In this document: positions 38,920-49,918 of the stretch, in pieces | How positions within the stretch are numbered: the stretch's first letter is position 1 | Layout: each line of letters opens with the position of its first letter | Source: Candidatus Bathyarchaeota archaeon | GTDB taxonomy: Archaea > Thermoproteota > Bathyarchaeia > Bathyarchaeales > Bathycorpusculaceae | Direction of reading: 5' to 3' | NCBI GenBank assembly: GCA_963782525.1 | Contig: CAWAKC010000011.1 | Coordinates: 32,001-96,000, forward strand | DNA: 64,000 bases | Notes under the pieces: model-generated | Seen by the model: the letters and a program-made list of their open reading frames with translations, nothing else | Told to the model about the DNA's origin: nothing | Databases searched by the model: none | Translations under genes and position numbers: made by a program

Positions 38920-40077
38920 TTAGTAGAAGCTTTGGATTGGCGAATCGTTGTTGCGTTCGCTGGTTGCTGGCCTGATTTCTTCGATTTTGGTCTTTGTGAG
39001 CGATTTGATTTGGTTAAAGTTTGACATTTCGCCATAGCTTACTAAGGTTATTGCTGTGCCGTCTTCGCCTTTGCGTGCTGTTCTGCCTATACGGTGGAAG
39101 TATACTGGTGCGTCGTTTGGTACATCGTAGTTGATTATGTGAGTGATGCCTTCGATGTCTAAGCCTCTTGCTGCAACGTCAGTTGCTACGAGCAGGTTTG
39201 TGCGTCCGCAGCGGAATTCGCTGATTGCGCGGTCTCGCTGTGCTTGGGTGAAGCCTGCGTGGAGTGCTTGTACTCGGCAGCCTTTGCGGTAGAGTTGGTC
39301 TGAGAGGCGGCTTGTTTCTCTGCGTGTTCTGCAGAAAATAATCGCTTTGTCAACTCGGTCGTCGTGTAGGATGTCGCAGAGTGCTCCGAATTTGCCGTTT
39401 TGGTTAACGATTGTGTAGAACTGTTTCATCTGGGTTAATGCTATTTCGTCTTTGCTAACGAAGATTTTCTCAGGGTTCTTCATGTATTTGTTGCATACAC
39501 GCATGACTGATTGTTCCATGGTTGCGCTGAAAAGGCTCGTTTGTCTGTCGCGGGGTGTTTTTGAGAGAATGAATTCAACGTCTTCGGTGAAGCCCATGTC
39601 GAGCATGCGGTCAGCTTCATCAAGAACCACTATCTTCACGGTTGAAAGGTTCAATACGCGCCTTTCCATAAGGTCGATTAACCTGCCTGGAGTGCCGACA
39701 ACGATGTGGACTCCGCTGGCTAATGAGTGGATTTGTTTGTTGATGGATTCTCCACCGTAAACAGCTAGAACCTTCAATTTAGCGTATTTCGCGAAAAGCG
39801 CCATTTGTTCTGCTACTTGCACAGCTAATTCGCGGGTTGGAACTAAAATTAGTCCTTGAACGCCGCGGATTTCACGGTTTAAGCGTTGAACCATTGGTAC
39901 GCCGAATGCGGCGGTTTTTCCTGTTCCGGTTTGTGCTTGCCCGAGGACATCTTTGCCTTCGAGGAGGGGAATTATTGCTTGAGCTTGAATTGGAAAAAGA
40001 CTATCAAACCCGAGTTCTGATATACTTTTTAGGACTTCTCCTGATAGCGGTAAGTCCTTAAATGATTGAATTTGCAT
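38920..40077 (-). CDS. DEAD-box RNA helicase
   Basis: Q motif, AQTGTGKT, PTREL, DEAD, SAT, ARGLD and HRIGRTAR motifs. Confidence 0.95.
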   Translation of the reverse strand: MQIQSFKDLPLSGEVLKSISELGFDSLFPIQAQAIIPLLEGKDVLGQAQTGTGKTAAFGVPMVQRLNREIRGVQGLILVPTRELAVQVAEQMALFAKYAKLKVLAVYGGESINKQIHSLASGVHIVVGTPGRLIDLMERRVLNLSTVKIVVLDEADRMLDMGFTEDVEFILSKTPRDRQTSLFSATMEQSVMRVCNKYMKNPEKIFVSKDEIALTQMKQFYTIVNQNGKFGALCDILHDDRVDKAIIFCRTRRETSRLSDQLYRKGCRVQALHAGFTQAQRDRAISEFRCGRTNLLVATDVAARGLDIEGITHIINYDVPNDAPVYFHRIGRTARKGEDGTAITLVSYGEMSNFNQIKSLTKTKIEEIRPATSERNNDSPIQSFY

Positions 40078-40609
40078 ACTTTATTTTTCTTCTGCCACAG
40101 GATTTTTTCATGATGTCTCTAAAAGCTTCAAAGCTTTGGTGATAGCATGATTAATGTGACAGCCCAAAAATGTGGCGTGGCGTATAAAAACGTTTAGCAC
40201 GATTTCAGGCAAAGGACACGTTGAAAAAGGTTGCTTTTACAAAAAAACGATGCTTTGTCCTTAAAAAACCCTTATTTTTTATTTTAATTTGAATTTTTTT
40301 GCAATTAAAAAAATTAAAATATGAAAAAGGCGGTTTTGGTGGATAACGCTAAGACAAAGTAGGGTCGGTCAAAGGTTTGGGTGGTTACCAATGAATAGCG
40401 CTTGTTGTGGGGTCTAACGTATCCAGTTGCAGCAATCGCGCTCCCGTAGTACCATGTTATAGCTTGGTCTGCTGTTATTCTCAAGCGCTCTTTACCATAC
40501 AATCGGTCGAAAAGTTGTTTGTGACTGTCAAAGTTCAATCACATAGTCATAAAAGCAATTACGGGCACAAGTTGATTCAGATGAGCTTAAGCTTGAACGA
40601 TTAAATTGG

Positions 40610-40885
40610 ATGGATAAAGACATGAGTAAACTCAAAAAAAAGCCATTACCCTACCTATACGCTGGAGACCCAAAACCTGACACAGCAGAAGAAACCGAGG
40701 ACATTTACGATTCAAAAGAAAGAGAGGAAATGCTCGATGACGATGAAATCACAGCAGCAGAAAACGGATTCATGGATGGACAAGAACAGGCAGAGATAAA
40801 CAAAAAAGCAACCCGCAAAAACGCAGTTAGCCACGATGACTCAGTCTCAGTTGAGTTAGCAAAAGAAGATGCAGAAGACGACTAA
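40610..40885 (+). CDS. Small highly acidic protein
   Basis: 91 aa, D/E-rich, DIYD...REEMLDDDEITAAE.GFM.G. Confidence 0.7.
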   Translation: MDKDMSKLKKKPLPYLYAGDPKPDTAEETEDIYDSKEREEMLDDDEITAAENGFMDGQEQAEINKKATRKNAVSHDDSVSVELAKEDAEDD

Positions 40886-41016
40886 TAAATCTTCAACTCA
40901 ACTCAATCATTTTTCTGACTTCAAAATGTTCAAGTCTTAATTTGTTGTTGCTACTTGCTTTAATTCAAAAATAATATCTTTTATTGCATCTCCAGAGCCA
41001 ACTTTAATTAAACTGG

Positions 41017-41790
41017 TTAATAATAGTAGGTAATTGTTACGTTTTCGGTTGCAATTCCACTTTGCAGACTGTTTCCAACTGCGAGGGCAATGTTTGACGA
41101 TGGCAAAATCGGGAAGGACGCTACGTTGTTTGAACCAAAGCTTGTTTGGACGTTGTAGTTGACACCATACGCGGTATAAGTAACATTGGCATAAACGCTG
41201 TTGATGGTTGGCGAGGAAACTCGAATCGTAACGTACCCTGCGTAGCTCGCGTTCTCTATCCAAGTCATGGTGTTTCCTGCTATTTGGTTTATCGTTTGGT
41301 TGTTAACCCATATTGTGAAAGCAGAAAGATTAGCGATTGCGTTGAGCGTGTTCACTTGATTCTGTAAACTGGATATTTGACTGTTTGCAGTCGTAAATTG
41401 AACGGATAAATCATGGTTATCGGTGTTGAGCACGTACATTAGTGAGTTGTAGTAATCTTCAAGTTTTTTGACGTTTTCATCAGCGTTTTTTATTTGGGTG
41501 TTTAGGTTGGATATCTGGATGTTTAAGTCCGCTGTCTGGGAGTTGTTGCGTGCAAGTTGTTCCTGCAGTGTTGATAATTGAAGATTTAGGCTTGTAATGT
41601 TGGTGTTTGCCGCAGCTAGTTGTGATGTTAAAGCAGTATATTCTGAATCGGTGTGGCTGTGGATTGATGTATTCTCGTTGGAGGTGCTATTATAGTAAAC
41701 TAAACTCCCGACTGTGGAGATAAGAAGGACTATACATAATAAGCCTAAAACAACCGCTAAATTTCTGTCTACAAGCTTTTTTTCGTTCAT
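41017..41790 (-). CDS. Membrane-anchored coiled-coil protein with C-terminal beta domain
   Basis: N-terminal TM, heptad Q/N/L repeats, AGYV.I.V motif. Confidence 0.7.
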   Translation of the reverse strand: MNEKKLVDRNLAVVLGLLCIVLLISTVGSLVYYNSTSNENTSIHSHTDSEYTALTSQLAAANTNITSLNLQLSTLQEQLARNNSQTADLNIQISNLNTQIKNADENVKKLEDYYNSLMYVLNTDNHDLSVQFTTANSQISSLQNQVNTLNAIANLSAFTIWVNNQTINQIAGNTMTWIENASYAGYVTIRVSSPTINSVYANVTYTAYGVNYNVQTSFGSNNVASFPILPSSNIALAVGNSLQSGIATENVTITYYY

Positions 41791-42015
41791 TAATTGCGCA
41801 CCTGATTGTTCCTTTTAAGCATCATGCAAATATTAATGTGTTGAGACTATGGTCTATTTTCCAAGATTATCAAAATAATCGGTGTTTTTGTTAAAACGCC
41901 AACTTTATTGAAAAAAAAGTTCCCTTTATCGTAACAGGCAACCATTCTTTTGCAAAAGCTTATTAGGATATACCAATATAAAACCTCCCGCAAAAAGACA
42001 AAAGGAAAGAAAGAA

Positions 42016-44796
42016 ATGAAAAAAATAGATAATTTCTCGAAAAATAAAATCTCAGCAATCGCTATCATTCTACTGCTAACTGTATCTATGGCTGGCGCTC
42101 TCGCATTTATGCCAGCTGCAAGTGCCCTCGCTGCCGCTCAAACAATTCAACACCATACCTTCATGTACTCCAGCGTAGGCAGCAGCGTGATTGGTGTGGG
42201 TCAAACCAACCTTCTCGTTTACTGGACCGCAGACATTCCACCAGACATCGGTGAAACAGACGCTATAATCACCGCGACAAACGGCTTAAACCGCGCTTCA
42301 TGGGACGGAATATCCTTCAACATTACTACACCTAGCGGAGTCACAACTAACTATCCAGTTGGAGCAAGTGACCCAGTAGGTGGCGGATACCTTGCATACG
42401 TACCAGAAGAAGTCGGCACATACACAGTTATCGCCATCTTCCCAGACACATGGAAGAACAGTACTCTCATAACACTCCCAGACGGATCTCAAGCTTTGGG
42501 TCCCCATGAAACAGGCTACAACGCTAATCCAGCACTTTCAACTCCCCAAAACCAGCACTATACAGCCGGTAGCAGTGAACCAATAACCTTTGTTGCACAA
42601 GCGGAACCAATCGCATCATGGACCGAATCACCTATTCCATCTGACTATTGGACACGACCAATAAACGATGCTAGCAGACAATGGAGTGCACTTCCAGGTA
42701 ACTGGCTTCTTGGTGCTTGGAACCAACCCTTAGGTCAAGCGGGCGGTACAACTACCCGTTACGTCTACGGTACTGGCACAGAAACTTCCCACGTGCTCTG
42801 GACAAGACCATTGTACGTTGGCGGCTACATGGATGCACGATTTAACGACACGGGCTACGAAACAGGACACTATCAAGGCCTCGACTTCAACGCTATAATT
42901 CTTAACGGCAGAGTCTACTACCCTGACCGCGCAGACGCATACAGATCAATCGGCTTTAACGTCGTAGACCTTTACACAGGCGAATTATTAGGCTACTACA
43001 ATGAAACTATGCCATCATACGGTCAAATCTACAATTATGAATCACCCAACCAACATGGAGGGTACTCATTCTTGTGGAGATCAGCTCCAAGTCTTGGTGC
43101 TGCTAACGGTTCAGTTTTGGAAATGCTTGATGGATACGCACTGCCGCTTCGTCACATATGTTATATAGCTAACGCTTCTGCTTCAGGTACAAACGTCGTC
43201 GGTAACAATGGAGAGCTTTTATGGTACAACATTGTTAACAAAGGGACAGCAACGAATCCTAACTACTACTTAACCTGCTGGAATAACACTAACGTTCTCG
43301 GCGAAACTGCAACCCCACCGAACACCGGAACTACTTACTGGCAATGGAGACCAGAAGGAGGCGGATTCGGAGGAGGACCCGCACTAAACAACGGTATGGT
43401 CTTTGACGGAAGCACTGGATTCTCAATCAACGCTTCAATCCCAACTCCCTACGGACCAAGCAACAGCATCGTCAACCAAACAGGTACACTACTCACAGTC
43501 CGCGTAGGCGACACAGATGGTAAAGGCGGTTTCGTTATCCTCGGAACCTTGGGACAAAACAATGACCTCGGAAACGTACAAGGTCAACTGTGGGCCCTTA
43601 GTCTCGAAAGAGGCAAAGAAGGCACACAACTCTGGACAACATCCTTTACAGCACCATACTTACCATTAGACTTCAATGAAACAGTCGGTTCAATGTTCTC
43701 TACATTCAGCTTAGTTGGTGTATATCCAGAAGACAACGTAATACTCTTCCACTCTTCAAAGCAACTCAAATACTGGGCAATCGACATGACCACTGGACAA
43801 CCACTCTGGGAAACTGCACGTGAACCTGATAATAACTACTACAGCACACAATACAACTACTACAACCATATGCTCCTGACAACAGGGTACGGCGGAGTAT
43901 GTATCGCGTACAGCATGGCAACAGGCGAACAACTCTGGAACTACACTGCAACCAACATCGGCGGCGAATCACCATATGGTAACTACCCACTCAACATCTT
44001 CGCTGTCTGCGACGGTAAACTCTATCTGCTCACGGGTGAGCACTCAGTGACTCAACCAATGTGGCGTGGACCAAACATACGCTGCATCAACGCAACCAAT
44101 GGCGCAGAAATATGGACTTTACTGGGGATGGGTGCTGACAACGGCGCACATCTTACAGGACAGTACATGGAAATGGGCGACGGTAGAGTCGTAGGCCTCA
44201 ACTACTTTGACAACTCAATCTATTGTATCGGACCAGGAACCAGCGCAACAACAGTCTCTGCACCACAAACAATCCCAGCAGTCGGATCAAGCGTAATGAT
44301 CACTGGAACAGTTACAGACCAAACTGCATCAGGTAGACGCAACGATAACTTCCTCTATGATTTCACTTTGCAAGGCACACCTGCAATAGCGGACGATAGC
44401 ATGGGTGCATGGATGGCTTACATGTACGAGAACCAAGCAAAACCAACAAACGCAACCGGTGTTTATGTTACGCTTTCAGCAATTGACCCCAACGGCAACT
44501 TAGTCCCAGTTGGGACAACCACAAGTGACGTAAACGGCAACTACGGCATTGTCTTCGAACCACAAGTTTCAGGAACATACCAAATCCTCGCAAGCTTCGC
44601 AGGCTCTAAAGCATACGGTCCATCACAATCTTCAACCTACTTAGCAGTAGGTGAAGCACCTGGGTCTACACCGGCGCCAACAGCTGCTCCACAATCCGTT
44701 GCAGACATGTACCTGATTCCAGCAACTATCGGCATCATCGTTGCAATTGCGATTGCTACAATCGTAATTGTGTTAGCTCTACGCAAACGACCATAA
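42016..44796 (+). CDS. Large surface protein with PQQ-like beta-propeller repeats and C-terminal TM anchor
   Basis: Signal peptide, YWTRPI, TG..LW repeats, SVMITGTVTDQ, GTPAI.D.SM..WM.Y, TM helix plus RKRP. Confidence 0.85.
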   Translation: MKKIDNFSKNKISAIAIILLLTVSMAGALAFMPAASALAAAQTIQHHTFMYSSVGSSVIGVGQTNLLVYWTADIPPDIGETDAIITATNGLNRASWDGISFNITTPSGVTTNYPVGASDPVGGGYLAYVPEEVGTYTVIAIFPDTWKNSTLITLPDGSQALGPHETGYNANPALSTPQNQHYTAGSSEPITFVAQAEPIASWTESPIPSDYWTRPINDASRQWSALPGNWLLGAWNQPLGQAGGTTTRYVYGTGTETSHVLWTRPLYVGGYMDARFNDTGYETGHYQGLDFNAIILNGRVYYPDRADAYRSIGFNVVDLYTGELLGYYNETMPSYGQIYNYESPNQHGGYSFLWRSAPSLGAANGSVLEMLDGYALPLRHICYIANASASGTNVVGNNGELLWYNIVNKGTATNPNYYLTCWNNTNVLGETATPPNTGTTYWQWRPEGGGFGGGPALNNGMVFDGSTGFSINASIPTPYGPSNSIVNQTGTLLTVRVGDTDGKGGFVILGTLGQNNDLGNVQGQLWALSLERGKEGTQLWTTSFTAPYLPLDFNETVGSMFSTFSLVGVYPEDNVILFHSSKQLKYWAIDMTTGQPLWETAREPDNNYYSTQYNYYNHMLLTTGYGGVCIAYSMATGEQLWNYTATNIGGESPYGNYPLNIFAVCDGKLYLLTGEHSVTQPMWRGPNIRCINATNGAEIWTLLGMGADNGAHLTGQYMEMGDGRVVGLNYFDNSIYCIGPGTSATTVSAPQTIPAVGSSVMITGTVTDQTASGRRNDNFLYDFTLQGTPAIADDSMGAWMAYMYENQAKPTNATGVYVTLSAIDPNGNLVPVGTTTSDVNGNYGIVFEPQVSGTYQILASFAGSKAYGPSQSSTYLAVGEAPGSTPAPTAAPQSVADMYLIPATIGIIVAIAIATIVIVLALRKRP

Positions 44797-44925
44797 ATCA
44801 GAAATAAACCACAAAAACCCTACCCTTTTTTATTTTTTAACCTAAACACAAAATTTTACTTTAAGCCACCACTAACCATAATAGGCAGAAAGTAGAATCT
44901 TGTGGATGAGGGTTACCTACAAGTA

Positions 44926-45072
44926 ATGTCATTTAGAGATCCTGTTTGCGGAATGGTTCTAGACGAGAACACGGCTAAATTCAAGATTTCTTATGACGGC
45001 GAAACATACTATTTTTGCAGTCTCGTCTGTAAGAAACGTTTTAAGCGGCACGCAACAAAGTTCGTAAAATAA
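44926..45072 (+). CDS. YHS/TRASH-domain metal-binding protein (48 aa)
   Basis: Not in ORF track. MSFRDPVCGMVLDENTAKFKISYDGETYYFCSLVCKKRF... Confidence 0.88.
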   Translation: MSFRDPVCGMVLDENTAKFKISYDGETYYFCSLVCKKRFKRHATKFVK

Positions 45073-45108
45073 CCTCTTTTAAAACAAAAAAATTGGTTGT
45101 TTAGAGTT

Positions 45109-45807
45109 TTACTTGAATAGTTTCCATACTAATGCAGCCAAGATTCCGCCGATTATGGGTGCAACGATGAAAACCCAAAGTTGACTTAAGGCTGTGCCGC
45201 CGACGAAGAGTGCTGGTCCTAAGCTTCTTGCAGGGTTTACAGATGTGCCGTCAATGGGTATTGATACAATGTGTATGAGTACAAGAGTCAAGCCGATTGC
45301 GATGCCCGCAAATCCTTTAGGTACTCTTTCATGGGTTGAACCATGGACAACGAGCACGAATATGAAGGTTAAGACTATTTCAGCAATCAAAACAGATGCC
45401 AAAGAATAAGTTGAGTACATGTTTGCGCCTAAACCAGTTGAAGCTAAACTAAACGATGCATTTCCGATCATAATTGCATACAGTATGCCCGCACCAATTA
45501 TTGCACCGACACATTGGAAAACAACGTAGAACGCTGTATCTTTTGCACTAATTCTACCCGCAACTAACATCGAAATCGAAATAGCTGGGTTAATCTGACA
45601 GCCCGATACACTGCCAATCGCGTAAACCATGGCTAACACCGATAGACCAAAAGCAAAAGCTATCCCAAGGTTTCCAACGTAGTAGCTTGCGACAGTTGCG
45701 CTTCCGCAACCCATCAACACGAGCACCATTGTTCCAATTAATTCAGCAATGTAACGTTTCATTGGCGTAATTTTATTTGGCACTGAAGTTTTTTCTGATT
45801 CAGACAT
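45109..45807 (-). CDS. aqpZ: Aquaporin (MIP family)
   Basis: AELIGT, INPA and SVNPARS motifs. Confidence 0.88.
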   Translation of the reverse strand: MSESEKTSVPNKITPMKRYIAELIGTMVLVLMGCGSATVASYYVGNLGIAFAFGLSVLAMVYAIGSVSGCQINPAISISMLVAGRISAKDTAFYVVFQCVGAIIGAGILYAIMIGNASFSLASTGLGANMYSTYSLASVLIAEIVLTFIFVLVVHGSTHERVPKGFAGIAIGLTLVLIHIVSIPIDGTSVNPARSLGPALFVGGTALSQLWVFIVAPIIGGILAALVWKLFK

Positions 45808-45902
45808 TTTTTATTTCCTCGTTTATTATAATTAACATTCAGGTTTCTACCATTTACCTAATAATTGTTTTCATCAAGAAAGCGCTAAAACCGAAAAAAC
45901 AT

Positions 45903-47180
45903 TTAGAGTTTTTCGCTAGCAGAAATATCCATCAACATCAAACCTGAAGCCATCTTTGGATAAAAATCTGTGCTTTTCTCGGGCAAGAGTTCGTGTTGTT
46001 GCGCTATTTCTGCAACTGTTTTCGCGTTAATAGGATTAACCAAAAACGCTATGCTGGCTTCTCCATGGTTAACTTTCTCCACCGCTGCCTTGGTCCAGCG
46101 GACATAGAGAATGCTATCGTCGATGTTTAACTCGCCGGTTTTTAGGATAAACTTGAAAACTATGTCACGCAATATCACTACATCAAAAATTTTGGTTTCT
46201 TTGGAGACATTCGCATTTACGAATTCATAGACAGCTTCATCATGTTTCAATATTAATCCGTAAGCGTTTGAACCGTCATAAATACAAAAAGCATGCTCGT
46301 TAACATGGTCCTTAAGGAAACTTTCTAACCCCTCAACAGTAGGTTCAACATCTTTGACATCAAAGAAAAACTTAAAGACCTGCAGCAAATCATAAGTCAA
46401 CTTATAATTTTTCAGTAGCCTATGAGTAGGCAAAACGACAAGTCCTTCCTCTTCAACAGGCACCATGTAACTCATATGGAAGTTAAATGCAGAATCCTCC
46501 GACCAATTGCCTTTGCTGCGCATTTCATCGCGGTATGTCAAAGCACTCTCATAGCGATGATGTCCATCGGTGATAACCATTGTCTTGGCGTTTAAAATGG
46601 CTTGCAACCGTATGATTTTCTGTGAATCAGAAACTACCCAAACAGTTTGCTTAATCCCTAGTGAATCAGTAACTTGGACAACAGGCTTAGTTTTTACAGT
46701 TTCCTCCAAGAAAGCGATGGTTTTCTTTTCTTGGTCTCGGTAGATCAAAAAGACTGGTTCTAAATCTTTTTGCACCGTGCGAAGCATGTTTAATCTGTCA
46801 GCTTTGGGCGCTTTGTAGGTCGCTTCATGGGGAAACACCATGTTCTCTTTGTAGGGGTAAAGCCGAAGCGCAGCGATTATTCCTGTCCTCGCGTATTTTT
46901 TTCCGTCAAGAGAGAATTCTTGGCGTGAAATAAAAATGGCATGTTGGGTTTCCTTTGCCATTATTCCTTCTTTTAGCCACTGAGTAATTCGTTCGTTTGC
47001 GATTTGGTACTTATTTTCTTCGAGTGGCAAAATTAAACGACAATAATTGTACGGAGACTTCGAATAGTACTCTTTCTGCATTTGGGCATCTATTTTGTCG
47101 TAGGGTTGCGTAATCAAATCCTCGGGGTTGCCTGCTTTACTTGTGTAACGTATGGCTTTGAAAGGTCTAATGTCAACCAA
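45903..47180 (-). CDS. DUF1015 family protein
   Basis: IRPFKA.RY, PYD.I, PHE.T, DR, DGHHRYE, LPTHR and KST.FYPK motifs. Confidence 0.88.
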   Translation of the reverse strand: MVDIRPFKAIRYTSKAGNPEDLITQPYDKIDAQMQKEYYSKSPYNYCRLILPLEENKYQIANERITQWLKEGIMAKETQHAIFISRQEFSLDGKKYARTGIIAALRLYPYKENMVFPHEATYKAPKADRLNMLRTVQKDLEPVFLIYRDQEKKTIAFLEETVKTKPVVQVTDSLGIKQTVWVVSDSQKIIRLQAILNAKTMVITDGHHRYESALTYRDEMRSKGNWSEDSAFNFHMSYMVPVEEEGLVVLPTHRLLKNYKLTYDLLQVFKFFFDVKDVEPTVEGLESFLKDHVNEHAFCIYDGSNAYGLILKHDEAVYEFVNANVSKETKIFDVVILRDIVFKFILKTGELNIDDSILYVRWTKAAVEKVNHGEASIAFLVNPINAKTVAEIAQQHELLPEKSTDFYPKMASGLMLMDISASEKL

Positions 47181-47190
47181 ACATTTCAGC

Positions 47191-48087
47191 TCACATTTTT
47201 TCCAGCGCTTCAATAACGGCTTTAGCTATTTGGGTGCTCGCTTTAAACTGTGCTTCATGGGTTTGTGCACCCATATGAGGCGTTGCAATTACGTTGTTTA
47301 ATGTTAAGAGTTTACTGTTTTTTGGTGGCTCTTCCTCGAAAACATCCAAGGCTGCTCCAGCAACTTTGCCTGAGACGAGGGCTTGGTAGAGCGCTTCCTG
47401 ATCCACCACACCACCGCGGCTGCAGTCGATTAATTTTGCGCCTTTTTTCATAAGTTTGAATTCTTTTGTGGATATCATGTGGTGCGTATGCGGGGTTAGG
47501 GGTACATGGATTGTGATGAAGTCGGCTTGAGGCAGCATTTCACCAAGGGGTACAAAGCGGTCGTAGACGCATTCTTCCACGGGTAATACTTTCATGCCTA
47601 ACGCTAATGCATAGTGTTCAACGGTCTTGCCTATATATCCGCAGCCGATAACGCCTAGTGTTTTGCCTTTGACTTCGTGACCCATCAACTCATCTTTTTC
47701 CCATTTTCCTTCGCGGAGAGTGGTTGTTCCCTGAACGATGTTTCTTGACAGCGCTAAAATGTGACCGATGGTTAATTCTGCAACGCTGATGTATGAAACA
47801 TGTGGAGTATTAACCAACGCGATACCCATTTTTTGGGCCCTTTCGTAATCCACATTGTCTAAACCTTCACCTGCACGACCGATAACACGAAGTTTTTTGG
47901 CCTGGTCTAATAGTTCACCCTTAACTTTCGTGGCTGACCTAACAATCAAAACATCGTAGTCACCGATGATTTTTGGCAACTCAGCTTTGGGCGTATCCCA
48001 AGCACGGGTAACGTGGTAGCCTTTTTCTTCAAGAAGTTTAATGCCCTCATCAAATATTTTGTCGCTAACGAGGATTTTAATGGTCAC
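47191..48087 (-). CDS. serA: D-3-phosphoglycerate dehydrogenase (short form, no ACT domain)
   Basis: VRSATKV, GRAG.GLDNVD, G.G.IG, HVPLT, RGGVVD, DVFEEEP and TPH.GA.T motifs. Confidence 0.85.
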   Translation of the reverse strand: MTIKILVSDKIFDEGIKLLEEKGYHVTRAWDTPKAELPKIIGDYDVLIVRSATKVKGELLDQAKKLRVIGRAGEGLDNVDYERAQKMGIALVNTPHVSYISVAELTIGHILALSRNIVQGTTTLREGKWEKDELMGHEVKGKTLGVIGCGYIGKTVEHYALALGMKVLPVEECVYDRFVPLGEMLPQADFITIHVPLTPHTHHMISTKEFKLMKKGAKLIDCSRGGVVDQEALYQALVSGKVAGAALDVFEEEPPKNSKLLTLNNVIATPHMGAQTHEAQFKASTQIAKAVIEALEKM

Positions 48088-49161
48088 TTAAAGTCCCCAA
48101 ATCTGGTCAATTAACCCGATAACTTCTTTGATGCCGCTGAGGTTCCATTCGCCCATGTGACCTATGCGGAAGGTTTTCTCAGCCATTTTGCCGTAGCCTC
48201 CCGAAATCATAAAGCCTTTTTCTGCGAGTTTTTGGTTTAGTTCTTTGACGTTTTTGCCTTGGGTGTTTTGTATGCAGCTAACGGTTACGGATTCGTAGCC
48301 TCGTTCGGGGAACATGGCGAAATGCTGATTTGCCCATTTTTGCGTGAACTTTGCCATGTCTAAGTGGCGCTGGTAAACTTTGTCGTAAGTTTCTTCAAGC
48401 AAAAGATCCATGCGTCTGTTTAGAGCATACATTAAAGGAATGTTTGGGGTGAATGGTGTTTGATGTTTCTTTTCAAACTCAAAGATGTCTACCAAGTCAG
48501 TATACGCACCTCTGTTTGGAACCTGTTTAGCACGTTCAATGGCTCTGTCGTTTACAAGTGCAACAGCTAAACCTGGAGGAAGAGCAAAACATTTCTGGGT
48601 TGAACCAAAAACGATGTCACAGTTAAATTCTGACGGCAAAGTCTTGTCACCTGCCATGGAGGAAACCGCATCTACAGCGAAGATGATGCTGGGATATTCC
48701 TTGTGAACCATTTTGCCGATTTCACCTATAGGACTCCGAACACCCGTGGAGGTTTCGTTGTGGCAAACGGTTAGAGTGTCGTATTTGCCTCCCGCGAGTT
48801 TTTCCGCAACCATATCTGGTTTAATCGCCTTTCCCATTTCCACTTCTAAAACGTCCGTTTCTTTGCCGCATGCTGCCAAAGTTTGTGCAGCACGTTGGGA
48901 GAAAGCCCCGTTAACGCATGCTAAGGCTTTTTGTTTTACAATGCTTCGTCCGATTATGTCAAACCACAAGGTACCTGACGAAGTAGTTACGGTGGGTTTG
49001 TAATCGGGTGTAAGCTGGAAGAACTTGGCGATTTTATCGGTTATTCCACCGTAGAGATCGGAGAACTCTTTTTCTCTATGACCGATTAAATAGTGCGTTT
49101 GCTCGTTGAGCATCTCTTTGCTTACTTCGGTTGGACCCGGGATCAAGAGTTTTTTGTGCAT
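48088..49161 (-). CDS. Class V aminotransferase (archaeal phosphoserine / serine-pyruvate type)
   Basis: L.IPGPT, GHR, HNETSTG, VDAVSS, QKC.ALPPG and FRIGHMG motifs. Confidence 0.88.
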   Translation of the reverse strand: MHKKLLIPGPTEVSKEMLNEQTHYLIGHREKEFSDLYGGITDKIAKFFQLTPDYKPTVTTSSGTLWFDIIGRSIVKQKALACVNGAFSQRAAQTLAACGKETDVLEVEMGKAIKPDMVAEKLAGGKYDTLTVCHNETSTGVRSPIGEIGKMVHKEYPSIIFAVDAVSSMAGDKTLPSEFNCDIVFGSTQKCFALPPGLAVALVNDRAIERAKQVPNRGAYTDLVDIFEFEKKHQTPFTPNIPLMYALNRRMDLLLEETYDKVYQRHLDMAKFTQKWANQHFAMFPERGYESVTVSCIQNTQGKNVKELNQKLAEKGFMISGGYGKMAEKTFRIGHMGEWNLSGIKEVIGLIDQIWGL

Positions 49162-49461
49162 CGTTAAGCCTTCAGCAAAAGAGGTTAATCTTTTAAATAT
49201 AAGGCTTATGCGCATAAAACAGTAGCTTTTAACCATTAAAAATCATTAGAAGCTGATGCCTGAAAAACCTGTATTCCCGGGTATAAAGAGTGAAAACGTT
49301 TAATTGTGTGTATGCACTATTAATAGTCAGTAATGGCTGCTGTAAAGGAGCTTTTGCAGTTTTTAAATTCGAAATATGTCGAATTCAGCAATCTGATTCT
49401 TAAGTAATGTTTGAAAATTGAGTTTTGAGCAGAAAGGAGACGCAGGGAGAAGGAAAAGGTT

Positions 49462-49815
49462 TTGATGTACACGTTAAAGGCAGAGGTATTTCCGAGTTTT
49501 TTAATAATCCTGCTGGGCTCAATCGACTGCATAACCACCGTTGTCGGCGTTATGTATTTTGGTGCTTCCGAAATTAATCCTCTCATGATTGGTATCGTTA
49601 ACTCAAGCATCGCTGGGTTTTTGGCCCTGAAGATTTCCGCTACTCTTTTGATTGCCTTCACGTACATCTATGCTAAACGAACCTTGAACAAAGCGATGGA
49701 TAAGAGCACCAAAGCCTTCAAAGTCTCAAGTAAAGTGATGAAGGTGGCCTACGTGGGCTTGATGATTTTCCTGTTAATCACAGTCATAAACAACCTCATA
49801 GTCATCCTTGGGTAA
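49462..49815 (+). CDS. DUF5658-family membrane protein
   Basis: D..TT..G..YFGA.E.NP and NN motif. Confidence 0.72.
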   Translation: MMYTLKAEVFPSFLIILLGSIDCITTVVGVMYFGASEINPLMIGIVNSSIAGFLALKISATLLIAFTYIYAKRTLNKAMDKSTKAFKVSSKVMKVAYVGLMIFLLITVINNLIVILG

Positions 49816-49918
49816 ACAATCTTTTTTTGTGGTGTATTCGTGTTGTATTATAGAACTGTTGTAGTCTATCTCAATAAACAATAAAAGACTGTTTGTTCCA
49901 TAACCAGACTGGTTACTC

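Noticed and set aside
40314-40538. 74-aa ORF between the helicase and the acidic protein
   Set aside because: No recognisable motif, weak start and a competing antisense ORF. Cannot be supported without a search.
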